A DNA stretch of 63,493 nt, the filler included, from Intoshia linei (taxonomy: Eukaryota; Animalia; Orthonectida): NCBI GenBank assembly GCA_001642005.1. It is 5 parts of 5 records of this genome, joined end to end, with 100 filler letters (N's around TTAATTAATTAA, not from the genome) between each part and the next. Parts side by side here need not be neighbours in the genome. Positions count along the whole stretch, not along the records: positions 11,592 to 36,457 come from LWCA01000523.1; 4 more parts are not named here. The stretch is one strand, 5' to 3'. A program made the translations under genes and the position numbers. Below are positions 12,695-25,362 of this stretch, in pieces. Each line of letters starts with the position of its first letter. Position 1 is the first letter of the stretch. Below the pieces are notes generated by a model that searched no databases, was not told where the DNA came from, and saw only the letters and a list, made by a program, of their open reading frames with translations.

Positions 12695-15272
12695 GATGGA
12701 ACTGGGCGTAGTGCCCATCAATGTGCTTATCATATCTCTGAAATAGAGAAGGATAAATTACAAATTGGTATGACATCATTTATTAATAGTTAACTATTGT
12801 TATGTTTTCTGAAAATTTTTGTACAAGACTCCTAGAAATGTAGATTTATTTTTCCCTGTAGATTGAATACATTTTAGACTATCTATCTAAGCCATTCTCT
12901 AGCAAATATAACATAAATATTTCAATTTAAATGACCTACAGGAAATAATATCTAGACTCATACTCATAGATAGACTTAATTTGCAGTATTTTACATATAT
13001 ATAAAACTAAAACGTACATTTACAGTTAAAAACCCTTACTGCGTTACGCACAAAAAATATGATAAAATTTAAACATTTTTTTTTTGGATGATTCTTGTGA
13101 ATATTTAATTGATGTTTTATAATAGATTGAATAGTGAGATAAGAACGTATTTAACAGATATTTCCGAAATTCAAAAAACTCTTTTCTTGTAATTAGATTA
13201 TAAATTTGGTTCAAAATACGCATAAAATGTTAAAGCGTTACGATTTGAACTTATTATTTAGATTATACATTTATGCTATTAATAAATTGTAAATAACCAC
13301 CTGTATAACAAACGGTGCTTTATGTCTATGTTTTTATAAATTAACACTTTAATTAATATAAGTATAATTATATAATTATATATTTTAATAATTAACTCAT
13401 GTTTTTAAATTCTAACCACATTTGATAGTTTAATTTTCTGAACATTATCATGTCCATTATAATTTTTTTAGTCAACATTGACGTAGCTATGATACATTCA
13501 TTATGAAAATGTATTTTAAAATATATCATATTTTATTTTTTTATATCATAGTATCTTAATAGAGCTTTAATATTAAATTTTCTATAATAATTTTGTAATA
13601 TCCTGAAAATATACAAATCAAACTAACAAACAACGTAAAAAGAAATATGGTAGCATATAATTTAAATTTATCGTTTTTTTAATTTATGACTGAGAATGGC
13701 TCATGTAACGTTTTATAAAATGGATTTTATTGAACTATTAAGCGACATTAACGTGTAATTAGTTCAATAAAGTAAATTTAATGTCTATTTAGAACAGACA
13801 GCGTGATAAATTTGGGGAAACCCTTTTAAATTATTTATTATTTGATATTCATATTTTTGTTTAAAATATTTAATAATTTTCTAAATAATAGATTACGATT
13901 ATTATTTGTCAAGCGAATTATTTAAAATAATTGAAAGAATGTGTGAGGTGGTAGACGAAATAGACAATGAAATGATTGCTGCAAGTTTGGGATTAGATAT
14001 TATCAAACATCGAAAATTAATAAAAAAACGTCAAACTGCTCAATTTGTTGCTTCCTTTGAAAATAAATGGAAGAATGTCGACTCTCTTGTGCTTTCATGT
14101 GAGGATTGTTTTGAAGATGCTGAAATTACTTTTATTTTTGTGGTGGATGTAAATATTTAATATATCAGTTATAGTCAATTGGGTGCGTCACGTATTTGAG
14201 TAGCGAGAATACTGAGTACTAAATATTTTGAATTGTATGACATATTATTTACCATTGCTAGTAAGAAATTAGAAACACAAGGTACTCTTGTAATTTTAAA
14301 ATTATGTAAAATTAATTAAAAAAAAATATTATTTTTGTATAAGATTATTGAAATGGTTAAGGCAACACCAATACTTATTTCAATACAATTTTTTAACGCC
14401 CCATTTTATATATATACAGAAAATTTTATATATGATTGAAATACACCATATCCGCAATAGCCGTCTTTGATACGGGTTGAATCCTAAAGTAATTTATTCA
14501 AGCGAGGTTTAATAAATAAACACTATAATTTTGCATCTATAAAACACTATTCTTCACACTGACTTAACTTTAAATGGATTATAACATACATTATCCATTA
14601 TGTGTATTTATAGAAAAATTTTTAGAAAAATTCAAAAATCCAACAGTTGAATTGTAACTTAATTTGTCCTTGTAAGAAAAATTTAATGGAGGATGAAGAT
14701 TATTTTGTAAATTCAGTGACTAAAATTGTTGAAAAGTTGATTACTAAAAATGAAGAGGTTTTAAATTTTAATTGTATTTTTTTCAATGATTTATTAAAAT
14801 AGTGTTAATATTAACAGTAAAGTAATATTTTTATATAGAAATGGTGGAAATGTGATGGATTAGCTTGTCAATATAAAGTTAAAGAAATTGATTTGTCAAA
14901 AAATATCGAAAAAACTTGTCCCAGTTGTTGTGATAATATTTTGAAAATTTCGGTAAATTTTTAAAGTTTACAATTTTAATATTTTTTTTTTAATTTAGTA
15001 TTCAGATTCTCAATTTTACTCTCAATTGACATTTTTTAGAAATTTATTTGATGTTGATAAACAAGTCAAATATATTTCATCTAAATATAGAAGTTTTCTT
15101 TTTATGATAATGTTTTAATGTTATATTAGAAGAGGCAATTACAATGGTAGAAAAATATTTAGCTACGTTCAATAAGGTAAAAGTATTGGTAAACGATTTT
15201 ATACAGAAATGTGATTATCATTGGGTTGATTTGGCTAAAATATTTGTAGATAAAATTGAAAGAATTGTATAA
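12695..15272 (+). CDS. POLA1: DNA polymerase alpha catalytic subunit, C-terminal exons (end of polymerase domain plus Cys metal-binding CTD)
   Basis: Six exons splice in frame: DGTGRSAHQCAYHISEIEKDKLQIDYDYYLSSELFKIIERMCEVVDEIDNEMIAASLGLD (Pol alpha ID..YYL.....R.CE....ID...IA..LGLD motif), CEDC...CPC, WWKCDGLAC...CPSCC, YSDSQFYSQLTFFRNLFD, ending HWVDLAKIF..IV* at 15272. Confidence 0.88.
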
Positions 15273-15316
15273 ATAAATAATACCATGATTGATTAACTTT
15301 TGATTTTTTTCCATTT

Positions 15317-18300
15317 TTATGTTTTCTTGGTTACTGGGTTGACGAAATTATCCTTCATTAAATTATTTGAATCATCTTGTGGTTTTATTGGTCTACTGTT
15401 ACGTCGTGAATCTAATAATTAGATTAATATTTTTTCATATTTATAAAAATTGATTGATTTATATATAACAAAGTTTGAGGAACCATATAAAAAAACTTCG
15501 ACCATAAATCATAAATACTGGTGAAAAATTAATATTTTTTGGAATAAAGTTAATGAATATTTTTTCACAATTAAATTTCTTACATGAGTAAGATATATAG
15601 TAATATATGTATATATTACATATAATATAGTATATATTATGTCTAATACCTCAAGAAATAAAAAGAGTAATCCATAGTTTTTTTTTAGAATGCAAATTTT
15701 TCTTGTATGCATTTGTGCCTTTAAATTTTCTAATGGTATCCGTAACAGAGGCCGCCACCAAAAAATATTCCTGTTTTAAACGTAAGGCTTTGCCAGAAAA
15801 TGCATTGTCATTTGGATACAAAACTTTACTAATATTTTTGGCTTGAGTTTTTTTAAGGACAGAATCAACATATTCTCCAACGTTAAATCTTTCCAATTCA
15901 AATGCATTATTGGCTTTAGCTAACCACAAACGTAATGTATTTACTACATTATTTCTGTACCCCAGAATAGGTGTATTATACGGTACTGCTAGAATAGTGA
16001 CATCTTTTTTCATTACTTACAATACTTTTTACATTTATAACTTCCACATATCCTCCAAAACCAACTGGAACCGTGTACTCTGGTCGAGCTATTTCCCATG
16101 GATTAGCACATCGTAGCCAATCATTAGCTTCCTCATGTTGCCACCCATCAATGATTTTTTGAGTAAACAATCCGTAATCGTAACGTATACCATATATATA
16201 ATATATACATATTAGTATATATTATAATATAGTATATACACATATATAATAAGTACATGAATAAGAACAAAATTTACTCATAGTTCTCTTAAAACTAAAA
16301 TTTTTCAAAATGATAAACATCCTAATACAGCAGTTCCTAAATGGAATACTGAGGCACATAGGGGCCAGAAATTATTTTACTAAGCTTACAAAGCTAACTT
16401 GTCGATATTTTGACTCATATTCATAAATATCCTCATAAATCTAAAATATGTTATTTTAGTCACTAAAATTTAGTGTAACAATATTTTTTGCGTACAAAAA
16501 TTATGCCATGCTTCACTTTATTTTTATACATTCAAATTCTCAGTCAAAAAGATATTTGATAGTGAAAAGATAAATCTACATCAAATGTATGCATAATTTT
16601 GTTTGTATGTATTGGAAAAATGCCAAAATACATCACATTATGGTCACATTACATTTCAATATTACATGAAATATTTAACAAAATAGGGTATTTCGTTTTT
16701 AACGGAAGATGCAAAGATCTGAGACTTAACCCTTACGAGACTATGCTAATATATAAAATTGAAAGCAAAAAATTTCACTTTTGAAATGTTAAAAAACACT
16801 AAAATTTAAAGCTCAAAATTCACAAATTTCAAATATCATTGATTTTATTGTTGACACAAAGTAAACATTGATAATAAAATTAATTTTTACGCATATTACA
16901 TGTATGAGCAGTAATTTATTTATAATTTATATTGGTACCGCCTTATTATGGTTTGTATACAAACCAATGTAAATTTATGAGTGTAGTTTTTGGCATCTAT
17001 ACATGCAATTGTCTCGTAAGGGTTAAATTTATTATTAACACTGGTAACAGAAAACCGTCTAAAAATATAATATTTTTTAAATTCTTGGACTTGGCTGTAT
17101 AAATATATGGTAACACACAGACAGTCACTAACATAAATCATTAAATTGTATATATGTAGTAAAATTACCTTGATTCATTGGTCGTGAAGTTGTGAACATC
17201 CTCTGAGGTATTAATTGTTCGTGATGATGAATATGCGAAACACCACAATTGATCTCATTTGAAGCAGGATAAATGGGCACATTAAGTGGTTTAATTTGAT
17301 CATAATGTACATTTTCCATATTGTAACTGCAACAATGATTAGTATATTTTTTAACACAAATTTTATTATAAAGTTGATTGATTTTATTTGATAGTTTGTC
17401 TATGCGTGGAACCAATTTCCTTGAAATTGGTGTGATGGATGTATCATTTGAAAAAAGACTTTCTGCATAGTCGACATTTCTCTTTTTTAAAGATTTTTCT
17501 AAATATTTGTCAATTAATTTGCATTTACGGTAATATTCGTAATCATTATTTAATTTCGTTTTGTACAACTTTTCCATAGTTTGCCCATGTGAATGTCGTT
17601 TGATTTGCTGCATATTTTCGGTTTGCTCTATTCTGGAACTAGTATCTCTCTGTTTATACCCATCATTTCTATTTGATGCGCTCTTTTTTTTCATTCGTTC
17701 AATTTCCAAGTTTTTATGATAATCATCGTCATAAAGTGTTAGCGTTTCAGAAGATTGGTTGTCCAATTTAATATTCATGTCATTTTTGTTTTTTTCAACA
17801 TTTCTAATTAATTTTTTTTCATTGTACTTTATATTGTTTTGTCGACAATATGAAATATATTCTTCCATATTTCGAAATTTACTTGGTTTTTTTAACTTTT
17901 CTCTGAAATTAAATTTACTGTTGGTCGTATGTATGTCATTTAGATACACTCTTCGATGTCTATGCTCTTTTGACTTTCTTTCATCGGTGGTATCTCTGTG
18001 ATTTCTAATATCTCTATATTCTCTAGTATCTCTATAATTTAATTCACGTTTACCATGATCTTGATTTATGTAGTCGCCACTGTGTTTATCTTTGCGATTT
18101 TTAGGTTCTCGAGTATCTCTATTATTTTCATAATATAACCGACCATGTCGTTCTGGTTTAGTTTTATAATAAGTCACGTTTTGATCAATAGATTTATTGT
18201 GTATGACTCGGAAATCTTTATAAGCAGTTTTGTAATTTTTTTCGCTTTTCAATTTCTCTATTTCAAGGTTCTGAAGTTTTTGGTTGAATTGAATGTTTGG

Positions 18301-21300
18301 AACGTATGGAACATTCTGTATTTCCGGTGCAAAGTTTTTTTGATAACGTATATTGCTATACACATTCGGATTAACGGGTAGTTGATACCGCACGCCATTG
18401 TTATTTAACGTTGCACCACCGTACTGTGGTATATTATCTAGTGTATACGCACTCATAGTCGTTTTTGGCATCATTTGTGGTCTTGCTAGATTGGCCTGTG
18501 TCGTATAAAATAGTACATTACTTGCTTTAACTTGTCGATAATTGGTGGTTTGATAATTATACGGTTTGTAATTGAAATTAGTTATGTAAGGTGCAGATGA
18601 CTGCATTAACACTGGTTTATAAAACTGCGAAATGGGTTTATTTTGTATATTATTTCCATATCTATTGGTGATATTTGAATTTAATTGCGAAACGTTTTGA
18701 TTGTATACTGGTTGAGGTTGATAGTGTTGAATATTTTGTGGTCTGACATTGATTTGACCCTGAGTGGCCGATTGGATTTGATTCCTTCTATAATTTGATC
18801 TATAGGCATTTGCATAATAGTAATTTTGACCTAATTCAGGGGGATTTTGACTTATACAATTTCTGTCATTACTTATATTTTTATTGCATTGAGTATAATC
18901 TGTATTGTAATCCTTTTGAATGGTGGAATATTGATTCATATTTTGTTGGAACGGCTGTATTTGTTGTCTGTACTTTATATTTTTGTTAACGTTGTAGTAG
19001 TCATAATGCGTAGGATGGACATGCTGATTGTTTCTATTATCATTCTCACGTATTTGCATTGAATTGACACGATTTTCAAAATTCGACGTGTTTGGATTGG
19101 TGGTATCAATATTAGCATTGTAATGAATTGATTGCTCATTGTCTAGATTTTTCATGTTTATGTTATTACTACAATCTATTTGTCCATTCAAATTTTGAAA
19201 AGTATTATTATAGATATTAGCAGCAACATTTATATTACTTTTTTCATATTCCTGATTTGGTTGAATGTGCAGTGCTTGCGGTTCTTGGGTGTTGTAATTC
19301 ATCAAATTATCTTTTTTATTTATTCCATCTATATTATCCAACTTACCGACATCAGTATGTTCATTTGAGTAAGGTATAAAATTTGTATTTTGCCCATTGT
19401 ATTCGTTCTGGCGATTATCATATAAATTTCCACCTTCTTGTTGTGTAGGTGTCACAGGTATCTGTGATCGAATATACGATGGCACACTATTATCATTATC
19501 TGGTATATTATCCATATCAATTATATATTCCGATTCCGCATTGGTATTTATTGATTTTTGGTTATTGGACTGATTATAAAATTGCATATTTATTGTATTA
19601 TTAATATTATTTTTAGTATTTCTATATTCATTTTGAATTACACCATTTCCATTTAAAATTGAAAGAGCAACGCTTTCATCGGAACTGGATACATCAGACA
19701 TTGAAATCATTGGCCCATTTAAACAATTACCTTTGTTTTTATTTACATCGTATATTATTTCCTCTTTCCTATTAGATAAAGTCTTGTCATCTACTTGGTT
19801 CTCCAATAGATTTTGACCTGTTGATTCAGAAAATTTTTCACCTTCAATATCAGCAGACACCGATATATTGGGAGATATAGTGCATGATTTAGAATTTACA
19901 ATCACAGGAGGATTTTGATATGCATTGGATTCGATGAAATGATTTGTTTGTGTCATCTCAGATTCTATATTATTATGTAATTCATCTAATTTTTTTATAT
20001 CATTCTCTATGATTATTTTATTAATTTTATTGTTATTATATTGATTCGTTTGGGGCTTTGGAGAATTTATTAAAGTTACATCGCTAATATTTTGAGTTAA
20101 AACAGAAAAAATGAATTTTTTCGGATTGTCCGTAATGTTAGTATTGATTTCGTTTTTAATCTCATTTTCAATATGATTTTTTATATTAGTTTGATTATAA
20201 ATGTCATTATTATCAATATTCGAATTGGAAGGTATAGAACAATTTGAATATTTAGAATTACAAGAAACATTGTAAGTTTTTGTATATTCAGATAAATATG
20301 TAGAAGATTCTTCATTTTCACTTTTTATCATTGACAGTTTTTTAACTTTTATAAAAGTTTCATCGTCTAGATTTAAAGGAATCAGTATTAAATAATTGTT
20401 TTAATTAAATGTATTATTAAAAATCAAGTACTTTATTTATTTATATAATAACCATTTATAGCTAGAATGATAAAATTTGACACCGTTCCAACATATTTAA
20501 AAAGAATAATTAAATGTTAGAAATAAAAATAAACATTTTTTGTCGTTTTTGGACCAAAATAAGTAAGTGTATACTCTCTCATTGTACAATGTACTATGTA
20601 TATTTTTCATTTAATGTGTATAATAATGGATTCTCAATAAGTTAATAAACAGAATTTGACATTAATGTAACTTTATTCAAGTTTAAAAATATAGCTGTGA
20701 AATTATTTTTATTCAAAAATTTTCTGGCACCCCCAAACTCTTTTTACACCCAGGGGTGCCGGTACCTAGGTTAAGAACCCATGGCATAGTTGATTATATT
20801 GGCATTTCAGTAACAAATTTTAAAAATCATCGGATTAGGTCAATTATATTATGATGGTTGGAAACTAATCGTTTAAATTCGCACATGCATATATTAGAAT
20901 TTACAAAAATTTAGGAATTTTTTCTTTATCATGGATTCACATTATGGAGTCTAATGCTTAATTAGTGTAGTTTTTAACTCTTAGACACTACGAGCCACGT
21001 TTGAATGACAATAATGAAAAAATAGATTAACCCTTAAATTCCAAAGTACTCATCAATTTCAATAATAAAAAAATTACTCAGATCTGATTAATGGGCGTGT
21101 TGAAAACATTTTATTATTTTATATGCATTTTACAGCTTAAAATATTAAGTTTTATCGCTCAGATATGTAAATTTTATGTGCCAAAACGTGTAATTTGTAT
21201 GCTATATTTATGTGCATTAATTAATTTTTAATTTCTATACTAAGAAGTTAATTTAAATTTTTTTTTAAATAACAGTGATATCTCGATCAAGTCACGTATA

Positions 21301-23160
21301 TTTATTTAGGGACAATTTTAACTTAAAATTTAAGCCAAAAATATTTTTTGCAATGTTAGATACGTGATTTTGGATATACATTTAATTACAAATCAACTAA
21401 AATTGAATTAATGGAACGTGACTAGATCGAGATATCACGGTATTTTGATTTAAACGTGGATCGTAGTGTCTGAGGGTTAAGTGGAGGGTCAAGAAATAAA
21501 AATTAATTTGAATAATATACAAATGACCCGTTTTGGTATACAATTTATATATGTGAACAATAAAACTTAAAATGCTCAGCTGTATAATGCATATGAAATA
21601 ATAAAATTTGTTTTAGACACGCCCATTACCTGAATCTAATTAATTTTTTATTTTTAAAATGTGTGATTACTCATGGGGAGTGTAATTTTTTATGAAAAAT
21701 TTTTTGTTTTAATAACATATTTCGGAAAAAAAATATATGATTACTACTGAAAGTGCTTTTTTGACCGTGAACGCGTCATTTATTCAGATTGAATTTTTTG
21801 CGTCTTAACAGGATACAACTGTACCACCTGTAATTTTTTTAAATTCTAGGGCTGTTTTTTAAAAAAAAGGTAATTTGGGTTTTGGCCCTGAAGATATATT
21901 TTTTTAAATTCTCGAACTCGTTTGATTTTCAAAAAAAAGACAATTGGGTTAAGTGACCCGTAAGATGTGAATTTGGGAGGTTGAAATTTATCTTGTATTT
22001 ACTCCGGAAAAAATAATAATAGAAATGTGGACTTTATAAAATTTTAAGATTGGTAGTTATTGAAATAAACAAAAACAAACCATATTATATAAGTAAGGAT
22101 TATATTAAAATAAATTACCTTCTAATTCAATATTTTCGGTAGGATTAATTTTTGCGTCGTATTTATCAATTTTTTGAATTGGGGATTCATTTTTCTCATT
22201 ATCAGGTTGATTCATATCACGGAAATCACCCGAATATGAAGTTTGTGTAATTTCTTGCTGAAAAAGACTATTTGAAGTCTTATTCATATCGTAATTCTGA
22301 GAATTATTTCCAAATATGAACATTTTTTCTTGTTCCCAATAGTTTGCATCACTGTCAGCATGTACACGTGAATCATTCAACTTATAGCTATTTAAACTCT
22401 CCTGGTTTTTCTGAGCCACGATTGACGCAGTCCCATCATTTTTACCACAATTCAAATAAGTATTTTTATCTAGTTTATATTCAGTTTTATTACTGTTACA
22501 TTTATTCGGATTGTAAAAATGCTCATCATCTTGACGGATAATTTGTTTAAATGATTTCTCTTGAATCACACTAACGTAAACAGGATTTGAATGGTGAAAT
22601 TGTCCAGGTATTAAAAAATTAGAATTTACATCACTAGATTCTTGGGTAGATTCATCGTTCATATTTGAAACATCGAAATAGCCGTTTTGATAATATTCAA
22701 TATTGTATTGTATTTTGTTGACATTATCATTATTATTAAATACGCTGCGATAACTCGAATAACTATCAGTAAGGTTTGGAAATATTTTTAATTTTGGATT
22801 CGATTTTTGTGAAATAATTGCTGCATTATGAAAAATTGGCCCAGTTGAGACATTACTGGTATAAGTCGATGTTATCGAATTATTTGTTGTTTTTGTTGGT
22901 GATCCATTCATGGTTTTCGATGGTTCATGGTCGTAATTGATAATGTCTTCATTAATGGCTAAATCTGTTTCTGTGACTGAATTGGCGTCATCGTGATAAA
23001 ATGAATTGCATAGCTTAATCGGGCTCGATTCCGATAACCTTTTTGAATTCGAATCACTTTGAGGGGATCTCCTATTCATACTTTCATCATTGTCAACCTC
23101 AATTTCTTTAAATTCTGATTGTGTTTTTATTTTTTCTAATGAAGATATCGAATTATCCAT
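15317..23160 (-). CDS. Large low-complexity N/Q/Y-rich orphan protein, ~1444 aa, 3 exons (23160-22119, 20366-17169, 15411-15317)
   Basis: The 351-aa and 1067-aa ORFs both end just past G|GTAATT donors. Phase-1 AG acceptors at 20367 and 15412 link them into one uninterrupted frame ending in TAA at 15317. No recognisable domain. Confidence 0.75.
15651..16194 (-). pseudogene. Isolated, frameshifted glycogen phosphorylase fragment inside an intron
   Basis: [38 protein letters not shown] and [25 protein letters not shown]...[23 protein letters not shown] are clear phosphorylase motifs. The two halves are in different frames, there is no AG acceptor at the 5' edge, and I saw no other phosphorylase exons in the contig. 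Confidence 0.85.
16730..17022. mobile_element. piggyBac-type (TTAA) MITE, family 1
   Basis: TTAA|CCCTTACGAGAC ... GTCTCGTAAGGG|TTAA. Confidence 0.88.
20978..21476. mobile_element. piggyBac-type (TTAA) MITE, family 2
   Basis: TTAA|CTCTTAGACACTACGAGCCACGT ... ACGTGGATCGTAGTGTCTGAGGG|TTAA, with an internal inverted repeat GTGATATCTCGATC(A/T)AGTCACGT at ~21276 and ~21416. Confidence 0.8.
21640..22100 (-). mobile_element. Helitron-like element, 5' portion, in intron 1 of the orphan gene
   Basis: Reverse-complement 5' end ...CATATTATATAAGTAAGGA|T at ~22099 plus family body. Confidence 0.7.
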
Positions 23161-24024
23161 TTTATAATTAATGTTCCAATGATATTTGTTGTGTCAATAT
23201 AGCTTTTATTTGCCAAGTTTTACTACGTTATTGCAAATGTATATTTTTCCAAATTCTAGTCATGTACTATCATTTTGCGAATTTGATGAATGGAAACTTA
23301 TGTGGTAGATAGACTTATTGTGTTTTACATTTTAAAAATATTATCATTGGTAGCAACTTTAGGTTACAATTTGTATCAAAAACACGTAATACAAAAAAAA
23401 ATTTCAAAAAATTAGCTTCAGTGCCAAAACCCAAAATTACCTTTCTTTTTTTAATGAAAACAGCCCTAGAATTTCAAAAAATTTACAGGTTTTAGAGTTG
23501 TATCCTGTTAATACACACAGAAAATTTCAATCCGTATAAGTGACGACTTCAGGTTCAAAAAAGCATTTTAGTATTCATATATTTTTTTTCCGAAATATTT
23601 TATTAAAACAAAAAATGTGAAATAATTAACAGTCCGAAAATTAAAAAAAAAATTACTCTGATAGAGCTTATTCCAGTTGATATAAATACAAAATTTCAAC
23701 CCCAGAAATCTACGCATTCACGGTAGAAAATAATTTTTAATATATTATCAACCAATAATTTTCAAATATTTCGAATAAAATCAAAAATTGAAAATGTAAA
23801 TATTGATCCTACAATTTCAAAAAAAATGTGCATTGTACGTCTACACATTTCCAATAAAGACATATGAGTGAAAATCTATATAATTCATTCCTTCGGAATT
23901 TTTTTCATTGCTACTAAATTTTTAAATTTCAAATGATCATTTTCAAAATATTTTTATTAAAAAATTCAAATTTAAATAAGAAACTAAACAACCAAACTAA
24001 AAAAACTTTAATATCATTTTTATA

Positions 24025-24087
24025 CAGTAGACGCTTATCATAACATTTTCCATTACAACACCAAAAAAATATGAATACCGTCTACTG
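24025..24087. mobile_element. 63-bp TA-flanked mini-MITE (Tc1/mariner-pogo type)
   Basis: TA|CAGTAGACG ... CGTCTACTG|TA interrupting the Helitron-like body. Confidence 0.6.
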
Positions 24088-24349
24088 TATTTGCAATAAT
24101 GGTAAAATTCGACTGAAATATTTATAAAGTGAAGATTTAGTTAATTATTGATACACAATTCGTATTTTCAAGTATTTATGAAAAGTTTACTGAATATATG
24201 TCATCACATTGAAAATGACAAAATAGGTTTTTATAATTGGACTTTTTTTACTTTATTTTTAATATTATACATACATTTAAATTAATTAGTCTAATAAATT
24301 AAAAAAATGGGATAAAAATTGTTTTTAAAATTCTTTACGCAAATGTTAA

Positions 24350-24813
24350 CCCTTTTGAGACTGCTGATTTTTAAAATTGAAAGCAAAAAATTTCACTTTT
24401 GAAATATTAAAAAACACTAAAATTTAAAGCTCAAAATTCACAAATTTCAAATGTCATTAATTTGTAAAGTTAACAACTTAAATTTGGCTTTAATATTTGG
24501 TTAATAATTAGCAATATAATATATATATAATTTATGACACGCAATTACAATCACGTCGCGTCTATTGTATTTCAAATATAATTTATTTTATTGTTGACAC
24601 AAAGTAAAAATTGATAATAAAATTAATTTTTACGCATATTACAAGTTATTGTATGAGCAATAATTTGTTCAAAATTTATATTGGTACCGCCTTATTATGG
24701 TTTGTATACAAACCAATGTAAATTTATGAGTGTAGTTTTTGGCACGTATACAAACTAATGTGAATTTATGAGTGTAGTTTTTGGCATCTATACATGCAAT
24801 TGTCTCGTAAGGG
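24350..24813. mobile_element. piggyBac-type (TTAA) MITE, family 1, longer version
   Basis: TTAA|CCCTTTTGAGAC ... GTCTCGTAAGGG|TTAA. The empty site with a single TTAA (GCAAATGTTAACAAACAAAAAATT) is visible in the paralogous repeat at ~33107-33130. Confidence 0.9.
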
Positions 24814-25362
24814 TTAACAAACAAAAAATTAAGATGGAATAATTCACTTTAAGGTAAAAATTAATGTGATATGATGGTTCCACCTGAAACAAATTTGGGA
24901 ACCACTCCTTTAAATAATTGATAATAGTGAATGATAGGATTTTTAAGTTAGATTTTAGTTTAGTTAGATAAATTTATTTTTTTGGTATAATAAAAATGTG
25001 CCCTCGGCAGAGCTAGGTGCTGTTTGTACGTAGTACATAACAGTCAAGCTAGTACTACTATAATATGATAGCACTATTTAAGGAGGAATATATAATAAAA
25101 AACATAACTGTTACAATAGTGACGTTTTCGGGATTAAAGCGATTTTTTTTTGACAAGTGGTCCATTGTGAAAAAACTTTGGGAACCACTGATGTAGAATA
25201 AGATATCAACACCGCATTTTTCAAAAAGAACTTATAGTAAATTATATTTTAAAGTTACAAATACATATTACAATCACAATCAGTGTCATATGAAATTATT
25301 AAAATAAGAATGAATAATATTGGAATTACAAAATAAAATAATTGAAAAAAAAATTTTAGTTT

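Larger units (their letters stand above)
23390..25052 (+). mobile_element. Helitron-like element (5'-truncated, intact 3' end) carrying two nested MITEs
   Basis: Ends CTGTTTGTACGTAGTACATAACAG (hairpin) TCAAGCTAG|T; body matches other copies. Confidence 0.8.

Noticed and set aside
14175-14281. Extra POLA1 exon
   Set aside because: All three frames after the AG contain stops, and skipping it keeps POLA1 in frame.
15976-16030. Programmed frameshift or ~20-bp micro-intron repairing the phosphorylase frame
   Set aside because: The only in-phase GT-AG candidate I found is 22 bp, shorter than any supported intron here, and the rest of the gene is missing, so decay is more parsimonious.
17759-19368. 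Plus-strand hydrophobic ORFs (also 8039, 15910, 22344, 30060)
   Set aside because: These are antisense shadows of real coding exons.
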